Shown: piece after piece, positions 31,443 through 41,944 of the stretch
Numbering within the stretch: position 1 is the stretch's first letter
How the letters are laid out: each line of letters opens with the position of its first letter
Translations under genes and position numbers: made by a program
Assembly: GCA_963708135.1 (NCBI GenBank)
Contig: OY970192.1
Span: 416,001 to 480,000, forward strand
DNA length: 64,000 bases
Direction of reading: 5' to 3'
Source: an uncultured Gemmatimonadales bacterium
GTDB lineage: Bacteria > Gemmatimonadota > Gemmatimonadetes > Longimicrobiales > RSA9
Notes under the pieces: generated by a model
Told to the model about the DNA's origin: nothing
Database searches by the model: none
Seen by the model: only the letters and a program-made list of their open reading frames with translations

Positions 31443-32906
31443 TCAACGTGGCCGCGCCCGTGCCCCCGCCCGTTCGTTCCACGAAAAGACATCGCCCCAC
31501 GCGACGTGCCCGTACGCGCCCGTCCAGCGGGGAGCCGGCGTGCCCGCGGGACGGCCGAGCGCGGCCACCCGCCGGACCGCCGTGCCGCCGCCGGCCGGGA
31601 TGGTCCAGAGCGAGGCCTGGCCGAGCGTGTCCACCCGCACGAAGAGGAGGGTGCGGCCGTCGCCGGACCAGGCCGGCGCCTCCTCCCGCCCGCGCGGCGC
31701 GCGGGTGAGGCGCGCGGGCACTCCGCCCGCCGCCGGCGCCCGGAGGATCCGGCGCGCCTCGAGCCGGGAGGCGAGGTCCGCGGCCGGCGGCAGGGTGCTG
31801 TCGGCGGGCATGCCGGCCCAGGCGAGGACGTCGCCGGCGGGAGCCCAGGCCGGGTGCGTCGCCGCGCGACCGGGCGGCGTCAGCCGCCGCGCGCTGCCGC
31901 TCGCGGCATGGACCACCTCGAGCGTCTTGTCCCGCCACGTCTCCCGGCCGCGGCCGGCCACGACCGCCACCCGGTCGTCGGGCGTAGGTGCCGGGATGAC
32001 GAAGTCGCGGTACGGCAGCACGGCCGGCGCAAGCTCGACCGGCGTGCCGCCGGCCGCGGGGACGGCGTAGAGCGGGGCGCCGTCCGCGAGCAGCGAGGAC
32101 GAGCGCAGGTCGCCCGCGGGGCGCAGGTAGAGGATGCGCGCGCCGTCGCCCGTCCAGCCGCGCACGATCGGCTCGCCGCCCACGGCGGAGGCGCCCGCGA
32201 CCGGCACCGGCCGGCCGCCCGCCGACGGCACCTTCCAGAGCCCCGCGCCGCTCGGATCGGCGGCACCGGCGGCACCGGCGGCGCCGCCGGACGCGCCGTC
32301 GCCCGGCGGCGGGGCGGTGGGTCGGGGCGCCACCGGGGCGGTGGGTCGGGGCGCTCGGGGCCGGCGGGGAGCGCCGTCCGGGGCGGCGGAGGTGGCCGGG
32401 CCCACGGCGGCGGAGTCGGGCGCGCGGACCGTGCGCAGCGCGAAGGCCAGCCAGCGGTCGTCCGGGCTCCAGGCGACGCCGTCCACGCCCCCGCCGGGCG
32501 TGCCGCCGACGAGCCGGCGGTCCGCGCCGTCCGGCGCCACCACGTGCAGCGCGCCGCTGCTCACGTAGGCCAGCCGGTCCGAGGCGTGCGCCCAGGAGAA
32601 CGCGTCTACACCGACGGCCGCCACCGGCCGGGTACGCCCGCCGTCCAGCTCCACGATCTCCAGGCCGTCCCCCTTCCGCACGGCGATCTTCCGCCCCGAC
32701 GGCGCCCAGCGCGGCTCGACGAGGTCGGCGCCCGCGGCCACCCGCCGCGCCTCGCCGCCCCCGAGCGCCCGTACCCAGAGCCCGCCCGGGCCGAGGTACG
32801 CCACCGCTCCCGGCGCGCCGCTCCCGGCGCCCACCCGCCCGCGTTCGACCCGGCATGCGCCGAGGGCCAGGAGCGGGACGAGCAGCAGTGCGGCGGGGCA
32901 TCTCAC
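31443..32906 (-). CDS. TolB-like/PD40 beta-propeller lipoprotein
   Basis: GGAG RBS before GTG at 32906, lipobox LGAC, repeats PRWAPSG, AWSPDD, PAWAP, PAWSGDG. Confidence 0.8.
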   Translation of the reverse strand: MRCPAALLLVPLLALGACRVERGRVGAGSGAPGAVAYLGPGGLWVRALGGGEARRVAAGADLVEPRWAPSGRKIAVRKGDGLEIVELDGGRTRPVAAVGVDAFSWAHASDRLAYVSSGALHVVAPDGADRRLVGGTPGGGVDGVAWSPDDRWLAFALRTVRAPDSAAVGPATSAAPDGAPRRPRAPRPTAPVAPRPTAPPPGDGASGGAAGAAGAADPSGAGLWKVPSAGGRPVPVAGASAVGGEPIVRGWTGDGARILYLRPAGDLRSSSLLADGAPLYAVPAAGGTPVELAPAVLPYRDFVIPAPTPDDRVAVVAGRGRETWRDKTLEVVHAASGSARRLTPPGRAATHPAWAPAGDVLAWAGMPADSTLPPAADLASRLEARRILRAPAAGGVPARLTRAPRGREEAPAWSGDGRTLLFVRVDTLGQASLWTIPAGGGTAVRRVAALGRPAGTPAPRWTGAYGHVAWGDVFSWNERAGARARPR

Positions 32907-32969
32907 GGCGGTCTCCGGTCGGGGGAACGATCCGGCGCGCCGGGGTGCAAGGGGCAGGCCGGGGGGGGG

Positions 32970-33075
32970 CACGGGCATGGGCACGGGCATGGGAACGGGA
33001 ACGGGAACACACGTACACGCGCACACGCACACGCACACGCAAATGCACGTTGCACGCGCACACGCACACGCACAT
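32970..33075. repeat. Hexamer microsatellites (GGGCAY/GGGAAC/GCACAC)n in a divergent intergenic region
   Basis: Read directly. Confidence 0.85.
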
Positions 33076-33253
33076 GGGAGAGGGACCGAACCGGGGATTC
33101 GGTTCGGCTGTTTCGTGGTGGGCGAGGCGGCGGGGCCGGGGGGCCGGAAGAGCTTGGCGGCAGGCGCGCCGCGTCGCTTGACACCCCTTCGGCGGCCGAC
33201 GTAGGTTGCCGATCCCTCTGATCCACACAAGGTTCCGCAGGAGGAGGTGTTCA

Positions 33254-35359
33254 ATGGCGGCCGCCAAGGAATTCAGAACGGGGCAGATCCGAAACGTGGC
33301 CGTACTCGGCCATGGCGGCTCCGGAAAGACGACCCTGGTCGATTCGTTGTGCTTCGTGGCCGGCTCGGCGCGCCGGCACGGAAGCGTGAAGGACGGCAGC
33401 GCGATCACGATGAACACGGAGGAGGAGATCGCGCACGGCATCTCGATGCAGACGTCGGCAGCGTTCGCGGAATGGATGGAGACGAAGGTCAACCTGCTGG
33501 ACACCCCGGGCTACCTCGATTTCACCGGGGAAGCGCTGGCCGCCACGAGGGTCGCCGATGGGGCTGTAATGGTCCTCGGCGCGACAACGGGCGTCGAGGT
33601 CGGGACGGAGAAAGTCTGGGAATACTGCGAGACGCGCGGGATTCCCAGACTTTTTTTCGTGTCGATGATGGACAAGGAGCACGCGGACTTCGAGCGCGTC
33701 TACGCGGACGTGAAGGCGACGCTGTCGGAGAAGGTGATCCCGGTGGAGATCCCGATCGGCGCGGGGGATGACTTCCGGGGGATCATCAACCTGTTCAGCG
33801 GCAAGGCGCACCTGTACCGGGCGGGCACGATCTCCGGGGAGTACGACGAGGTGGAGGTACCGGAGGAGCTGCGGGGCGGCTTCGAGCGCTGGCGGACGGA
33901 GCTGTTCGAGTCGATCGCCACGACCGACGATGCGCTGCTCGAGCACTACCTGGCCGACGGCGGGATCAGCCGCGAGGAGGCGATCGAGGCGATGCGGGTG
34001 GCCATGCGGCGGGGCGAGATGTTCCCGCTGTTCTGCGGCGCACCGGAGAAGACGTGGGGCACGCGGGCGCTGCTGACGAAGCTGGTCGAGCTGGTGCCGA
34101 GCCCGGCGGAGGCGGGCGCCGAGCTGGCGCAGCGGGCGGGGCTGGACCAGGTGGTCGAGCTCACGGCCGACGATGATGCGGCCTTCGCGGCCCTCGTCTT
34201 CAAGACCACGAGCGAGCCGCACGTGGGCGAGCTGTCGATGTTCCGCATCTTCAGCGGCAGCCTGGCCAACGGGCAGGAGGTGGTGAACCCGACGCGGGAC
34301 GCGCACGAGAAGCTGACCCACCTGTCGGTGCCGCTCGGCAAGGACCGGCTGGAGGTGAACCGGCTGCACGCGGGCGACATCGGCGTCGTCGCGAAGCTGA
34401 AGAGCACGCACACGAACGACACGCTGTGCGCGCCGGAGCGGCCGGTGGTGCTCCAGGCGATCAACTTCCCGAAGCCGGACATCGCGATCGCGGTGCAGGC
34501 GGCGAGCAGGAGCGACGAGGACAAGATCAGCACGGCGCTGCACAAGCTGCACGAGGAAGATCCGACGTTCATGAGCGAGTACGACCCGGAGCTGCGGCAG
34601 ACGATCGTGCGCGGGCTGGGCGAGCTGCACCTGGACGTGCAGCTCGAGCGGCTGAAGCGGAAATACGGGGTGGAGGTGACGACGGAGGAGCCGAAGATCC
34701 GCTACCGCGAGACCATCCGCAAGCAGGCCCAGGGGCAGGGCAAGTACAAGAAGCAGACGGGCGGGCACGGCCAGTTCGGCGACTGCCACGTGCGCCTGAA
34801 GCCGCTGCCGCGCGGTTCCGGCTACGTGTTCACGGACGCGATCACGGGCGGCGTCATCCCGAACAAGTTCATCCCGTCCGTGGACAAGGGGATCCAGCAG
34901 GCGGCGGAGAAGGGTGTGCTCGCGGGCTATCCGCTGGTGGACTTCGAGGCCGAGTGCTATTTCGGGTCCTACCACACCGTGGACTCGAGCGACATCGCCT
35001 TCCAGATCGCCGGCTCGATGGCGTTCCACAAGGTGGCCGCCGAGGCGGCACCGGTCCTGCTCGAGCCGATCCTGGAGGTCGAGATCGTCACGCCCGACGA
35101 GTACATGGGCGATGTCATCGGGGACCTGAACCACCGGCGCGGCAAGATCCTGGGCATGGAGCCGCAGGGCAGCAGGACCGTGATCCGGGCGCTCGTCCCC
35201 GAGGCGGAGATGTACAAGTACGCGACGTCGCTGCGCTCGATGACGCAGGGGCGCGCCGCTCACATGCGCAAGCTGCACGGCTACGAGGAGGTGCCCGCGC
35301 AGGTCGCGCAGAAGGTGATCGAGGCGGCGCAGCAGGAGAGCGAAGAGGTGCACGCCTAG
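33254..35359 (+). CDS. fusA: Elongation factor G paralogue (EF-G2 type)
   Basis: AGGAGG RBS; GHGGSGKTT, DTPGY, GLGELHL, KKQTGGHGQFGD, YHTVDSS; not in an str operon. Confidence 0.93.
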   Translation: MAAAKEFRTGQIRNVAVLGHGGSGKTTLVDSLCFVAGSARRHGSVKDGSAITMNTEEEIAHGISMQTSAAFAEWMETKVNLLDTPGYLDFTGEALAATRVADGAVMVLGATTGVEVGTEKVWEYCETRGIPRLFFVSMMDKEHADFERVYADVKATLSEKVIPVEIPIGAGDDFRGIINLFSGKAHLYRAGTISGEYDEVEVPEELRGGFERWRTELFESIATTDDALLEHYLADGGISREEAIEAMRVAMRRGEMFPLFCGAPEKTWGTRALLTKLVELVPSPAEAGAELAQRAGLDQVVELTADDDAAFAALVFKTTSEPHVGELSMFRIFSGSLANGQEVVNPTRDAHEKLTHLSVPLGKDRLEVNRLHAGDIGVVAKLKSTHTNDTLCAPERPVVLQAINFPKPDIAIAVQAASRSDEDKISTALHKLHEEDPTFMSEYDPELRQTIVRGLGELHLDVQLERLKRKYGVEVTTEEPKIRYRETIRKQAQGQGKYKKQTGGHGQFGDCHVRLKPLPRGSGYVFTDAITGGVIPNKFIPSVDKGIQQAAEKGVLAGYPLVDFEAECYFGSYHTVDSSDIAFQIAGSMAFHKVAAEAAPVLLEPILEVEIVTPDEYMGDVIGDLNHRRGKILGMEPQGSRTVIRALVPEAEMYKYATSLRSMTQGRAAHMRKLHGYEEVPAQVAQKVIEAAQQESEEVHA

Positions 35360-35386
35360 CGACCGCGGCGCAGTGCGGGAGGTCCG

Positions 35387-35836
35387 ATGGACGGCCGGGA
35401 TGGCCGCGACTTCGAGGTGTACGCGCTCACGGTGCTGCGGGTCGGCACGGGGCTGTTGTTCATGGAGCACGGCGCGCAGAAGCTGTTCGGCGCGCTCGGC
35501 GGGCTCGGTGGGCCGGGGATCGCCGCGCCGCTCGGCTCGCTGTTCGGCGTCGCGGGGATCCTGGAGCTGTTCGGCGGAGCCCTGATCGCGCTGGGATTGC
35601 TCACGCGGCCGGTCGCGCTGCTGCTCCTCGTCGAGATGCTGGTCGCGTACTTCTGGCGCCACATGCCGCGCGACTTCTGGCCGCTGGTCAACCGTGGCGA
35701 GCTCGCGCTGCTGTACGCGCTGGTCTACCTCTACCTGAGCGTGCGCGGCCCCGGGCCGTACAGCGTCGATGCGGCGTTCACGAAACGAGGGCTGCGGCTG
35801 CGCGCCGCGGAGGTCGAGGACGAACCCGAGCCCTGA
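35387..35836 (+). CDS. DoxX family membrane protein
   Basis: LRV..GLLF..HGAQKLFG, E..GG.LIALGL.TR, GPGPYSVD. Confidence 0.92.
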   Translation: MDGRDGRDFEVYALTVLRVGTGLLFMEHGAQKLFGALGGLGGPGIAAPLGSLFGVAGILELFGGALIALGLLTRPVALLLLVEMLVAYFWRHMPRDFWPLVNRGELALLYALVYLYLSVRGPGPYSVDAAFTKRGLRLRAAEVEDEPEP

Positions 35837-36039
35837 GATGACCGGGCGCCGCATCCAGCGGCGTCCGGGCCAGGCGGCACCCCGCCGCGCCCCGCTCGGC
35901 GCGCGGGAGTCTGCTCGTTCGCGAAGGTCCAACCCGTTCCATGGCCACAGGAGGAAGGTTCGATGACCAGAGCCGGCTGTCGTGCGCCGGGCCACGCGGC
36001 GCTCGCGTGGGCGGCGCACCTCGTTGAAGGAGTGATGTC

Positions 36040-38472
<2,433 letters not shown>

Positions 38473-38493
38473 CCGGCGATGCCGGCGGTTGTG

Positions 38494-38535
38494 CGGCCCC
38501 TGTCCGGTTGGCGCCGGGCAGGGGCCGGTTGTTTC
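38494..38535 (+). terminator. Terminator after hppA
   Basis: CGGCCCCTGTCCGG...CCGGGCAGGGGCCG followed by GTTGTTTC. Confidence 0.65.
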
Positions 38536-38557
38536 TGGCAGGTTGGTGCCGGGCGGG

Positions 38558-38850
38558 AGGGAGTGGGGGAGTGGGAGAGTGGGAGCGTGGGCGACGATTC
38601 CGGACGCCGACGGTCGCCGGGCTGACGGCGGCTACGCCGGCGCTCCTCCGGATTCCGGCCGTGCGGCGCCCTCCGGCTCGCTCCCTGGGGGCGCCGTTCC
38701 GATATCCTGGCCCTGCCGGCGCGCGGGCAGCGGAGGTCGGCGGCGCTCCCGGGGCGGGTGTAGGTGCGGCGGGTCGGAAGGGCGAATGGCCGGGCGACGA
38801 TCGGTTGTGGCGATCGTCGCCCGGTCTCCCACTCTCCCACTCTCCCACTC
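38558..38850. repeat. Inverted-ended repeat element (GGGAGAGT)n...(ACTCTCCC)n, copy A, followed by (CACTCCG)6
   Basis: Left end GGGAGAGTGGGAGCGTGGGCGACGAT; right end ATCGTCGCCCGGTCTCCCACTCTCCCACTC. Confidence 0.85.
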
Positions 38851-38903
38851 CACACTCCGCACTCCGCACTCCGCACTCCGCACTCCGCACTCCGGTCCGG
38901 CTC

Positions 38904-38932
38904 TTGCTTTCGGGTTATCTTCGGGATACCTT
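38904..38932 (+). promoter_or_regulatory. Sigma-70-type promoter of imuA with a direct-repeat operator candidate
   Basis: TTGCTT-N17-TACCTT; the spacer carries TTCGGG-N5-TTCGGG. Confidence 0.55.
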
Positions 38933-39022
38933 GGGAGTCCCCCGACGGGCCCAACGGCCGGCGGCGCGAGGCGGCGCGGTCGGCCGGGGACCGCCTCGCG
39001 ACGCCACCCTGGCCAGGTTCGT

Positions 39023-39715
39023 ATGTCCGCGCAGGTTATCGCGTTACGCAAGGAACTGGAGGAACGCTTCCCGGATGCGCTGCCGCTGCGTCCGGGGACG
39101 GTGGGGGGCGTGCCCACGGGGTTGGCGGCGCTGGACGCGGTGCTGCCGGGGGCGGGGCTGCCGCGCGGGCGGCTTTCGGTGTGGGCGCCGGGGGGCGGGG
39201 CCACGGCGGTGCTGGGTGCGGCGTGCGCGGCGGCGGTGGCGCGGGGGGAGCGGGCGGCGTGGGTGGACGGGGCGGGGACGGTGCTGGGGGAGACCTGGCC
39301 GCGCGGGCCGCTGCTGTTGCGGCCGAAGGGGGCGCTGGAGGCGATGGTGTGCGCGGAGGAGCTGCTGCGCTCGGGCGGTTTCGCGCTTGTGGTGGGGACG
39401 GGGCTGGGGGAAGCTCTGGCAGGGGAGGCGGTGCGGCTGGGGCGGGCGGCGCGGGAGGGGGGCGGGGCGTTCGTGGCGCTGGCGGATGTGGTGCCGGTGG
39501 CGGCGCTCCGGATGGAATCGCGGATCCTGCCGGACGGCTACCGCTGGCGGCTGGACCCGTTCGGCGAGCCCGTGGAGGTGGAGTCGGTCACGATGGAGGT
39601 GCGCGCCCGCGCCATGGGAGCGGCGGTGCGCGCGAGGTTCACGCTACCGGTGGTGCAGCATGAGTCACGTCTGTGTTCGGATCCCCGGCTGGTCGATCGG
39701 CGGGGAGCGGTCTGA
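39023..39715 (+). CDS. imuA: ImuA-like RecA-fold accessory protein
   Basis: VPTGLAALDAVLPGAGLPRGRL, AAWVD, AEELLRSGGFALVV; directly upstream of imuB/dnaE2. Confidence 0.85.
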   Translation: MSAQVIALRKELEERFPDALPLRPGTVGGVPTGLAALDAVLPGAGLPRGRLSVWAPGGGATAVLGAACAAAVARGERAAWVDGAGTVLGETWPRGPLLLRPKGALEAMVCAEELLRSGGFALVVGTGLGEALAGEAVRLGRAAREGGGAFVALADVVPVAALRMESRILPDGYRWRLDPFGEPVEVESVTMEVRARAMGAAVRARFTLPVVQHESRLCSDPRLVDRRGAV

Positions 39716-41636
39716 GGGGGACCGGTACCCGCCCACCCCCTCCCGCCCCGAGAGTGGGAGAGTGGGAGACCGGGCGAGGATTCCGGCGGCCGACAGTCGC
39801 CGGGCCGATCCAGCCTCGCCGCGGCCGCCGACGGCCGCGGATGCCGCGGGTGCCGGGAACCTCCCGGGCTCCGGGAACCCCGCGGCCGCCGGAAATTCCG
39901 CGGGCGCCGGAAGCCCCGCGGCCGCCCGGCGTGCCCACGCGGCGCCGGGAAGGGCGTCGCGCCCGGAAACGGGACGGGGCCGCCGGCGCTCGCCGCGGCC
40001 GCCACTCCCCCACTCCCCCACTCCCGCGGCGGTGGCCGGGGCGGCGGAAGCCCTCGGCGCCGCCCTCGCGGCGGTGCTGCCGCGGGTACGGGTGGAGCCG
40101 GGGCTCGCCTGGGCGGATGGGCGGGGGCTGTCGTCCTCGCGCTGGGCGCCGGAGCTGATCGAGCGGCTCGAGGCGGCCGGCTTCGGCGAGGCGAGGATCG
40201 GCGTGGCGACGACGGCGGTGGCGGCGTTCGCGGCGACGGTACGGCGGAATCCGCCCGGAAAGCGGACGGGCCCGTTGGCGCCCGCCGCATCCCCCACTCC
40301 CCCACTCTCCCATTCTGGAATGGGGCGGGGCGGGTTGGTCGTGATCCCCCCGGGCCAGGATCGCGAGTTTCTCGCGCCGCTGCCGCTCTCGCTGCTGAGC
40401 GACGACCTCTTCCTCCGCGGCCTCCTCGAGGGCGTGGGCATCGGGACGTGCGGCGCGCTGGCGGCGCTGCCGCGCGAGGCGGTGGAGGTGCGCTTGGGCG
40501 CGGAGGGCGCGGCGCTCTGGCGGCTCGCGCGCGCGGACGATCCTCGCCGGCTGTTCGGAGGGGCGCCGGCGACGCGGCCGGAGGCGTCGCTCGAGTTCGT
40601 CGACTACGTGATCACGGATCCGGAGCGGTTGATCTTCACGGCCAACGCGCTGCTCGGGCAGGTGTGCGATGCGCTGCGGGCGCGGGGCGAGCACGCGCGG
40701 CGGCTGGTGCTCACGCTGTCGCTGGCCAACGGCGAGGCGTGGGCGAGGACGCTCCGGCCGGCGCGGCCGACGGCCTCGCGGGCCACGTGGCTGCGGCTCG
40801 CGCGCGGCGTGCTCGAGCGGCTGACGGTGCCGGACGCGGTGGCGGGGATCCGGCTGGATGTCCAGGCGACGGAGTCGGCCGCCGTGCGCCAGGGCGACCT
40901 CTTCGACACCGGCTTCGCCACTCTCGAGGCGGTGGAGGCGGCGCTCGGCCGGCTGCTCGAGAGCCAGGACGAGGTGCTGGTGGCGCCGGAGGTGGGCGGC
41001 CATCCGCTGGCGGAGCGGCGAAACGGGTTCCGGGCGCTCGGATTGTCGGAGTGGGAGAGTGGGAGAGTGGTGGAGTGGGCGACGATCCCGGGGGGCGACG
41101 CTCACCGGGCCGATCCGCCCGCGCCGTGGGTGCCGACGGCGGCCGCCGCGAAGGCGGCGGCCGCCGGGCGGACACGCGCGGCGCCGGCAACGTCGCCGCG
41201 CCCGGAAAGCGGACGGACACGCGTGGCGCCGGCAACGTCGCCGCGCCCGGAAAGCGGACGGGCCCGCTGGCGCTCGCCGCATCCCCCACTCTCCCACTCT
41301 CCCACTCCGGGGCGGGGTGTGGGAGGGAAGGATCCGTCGGGCGGTGTGGGGCGGGGCGTGGGGAAAGGCCTGACCCTCCAGCTCCTGCCGGAGCCTGTGC
41401 GGGTGGCGGCGGAGACCGAGGCGAGGCGCGATCACGTGGTGCCGGTGCGGTTCCGGGACCGGACGGGGTGGCAGGCGCTGGTGACGGTGGCGGGGCCGGA
41501 TCGCGTATCGGGCGGGCAGTGGGAGGACGGCTACGCGCGCGAGTACTACCGCGGCGTCACCGCCGACGGCGTGCTGGTCTGGCTCTACCACGACGCGCGG
41601 GAGGACGCGTGGTACCTGCACGGCTGGTGGGACTGA
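39660..41636 (+). CDS. imuB: ImuB (inactive Y-family polymerase) with repeat-derived insertions
   Basis: FLAPLPL..L, GI.T.GALA.LP...V..RLG, clamp motif QGDLF, GPDRVSGG.W....AREYY, WYLHGWWD. Confidence 0.88.
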   Translation: MSHVCVRIPGWSIGGERSEGDRYPPTPSRPESGRVGDRARIPAADSRRADPASPRPPTAADAAGAGNLPGSGNPAAAGNSAGAGSPAAARRAHAAPGRASRPETGRGRRRSPRPPLPHSPTPAAVAGAAEALGAALAAVLPRVRVEPGLAWADGRGLSSSRWAPELIERLEAAGFGEARIGVATTAVAAFAATVRRNPPGKRTGPLAPAASPTPPLSHSGMGRGGLVVIPPGQDREFLAPLPLSLLSDDLFLRGLLEGVGIGTCGALAALPREAVEVRLGAEGAALWRLARADDPRRLFGGAPATRPEASLEFVDYVITDPERLIFTANALLGQVCDALRARGEHARRLVLTLSLANGEAWARTLRPARPTASRATWLRLARGVLERLTVPDAVAGIRLDVQATESAAVRQGDLFDTGFATLEAVEAALGRLLESQDEVLVAPEVGGHPLAERRNGFRALGLSEWESGRVVEWATIPGGDAHRADPPAPWVPTAAAAKAAAAGRTRAAPATSPRPESGRTRVAPATSPRPESGRARWRSPHPPLSHSPTPGRGVGGKDPSGGVGRGVGKGLTLQLLPEPVRVAAETEARRDHVVPVRFRDRTGWQALVTVAGPDRVSGGQWEDGYAREYYRGVTADGVLVWLYHDAREDAWYLHGWWD

Positions 41637-41654
41637 GGCCCCGCCCCACCCAAC

Positions 41655-41920
41655 GCCCGAGTGGGCGAGGGGGAGAGTGGGAGACGGGGCCGCTTGCCGG
41701 TGCCCCTCCGGTGCCAGCCCCGAGAGCGGATCCCGGCGCGCGCCCGCCGCTCGCCGCCTCGCGCCGGCGCCGCGGGTGAGCCGCGCCGCGGGTGAAGTCG
41801 GCGCCGCGGGTGAAGTCGGCGGCCGCGGGTGAAGTCGGCGGCCGCGGGTGAGCTTCTCTGGCCCGGTAACCTTCGGCCACGGGAATCATCACACTCCCCC
41901 ACTCCCCCACTCCCCCACTC
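41655..41920. repeat. Inverted-ended repeat element, copy E, containing internal CCGCGGGTGAAGTCGGCG repeats
   Basis: Left end GGGGAGAGTGGGAGACGGG; right end GGAATCATCACACTCCCCCACTCCCCCACTC. Confidence 0.8.
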
Positions 41921-41944
41921 TGACGTAGAAACGGGACGCACCAG

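Noticed and set aside
33651..33657. T7 run in fusA as a phase-variation or frameshift site
   Set aside because: The frame is intact (RLFF) and the run is short
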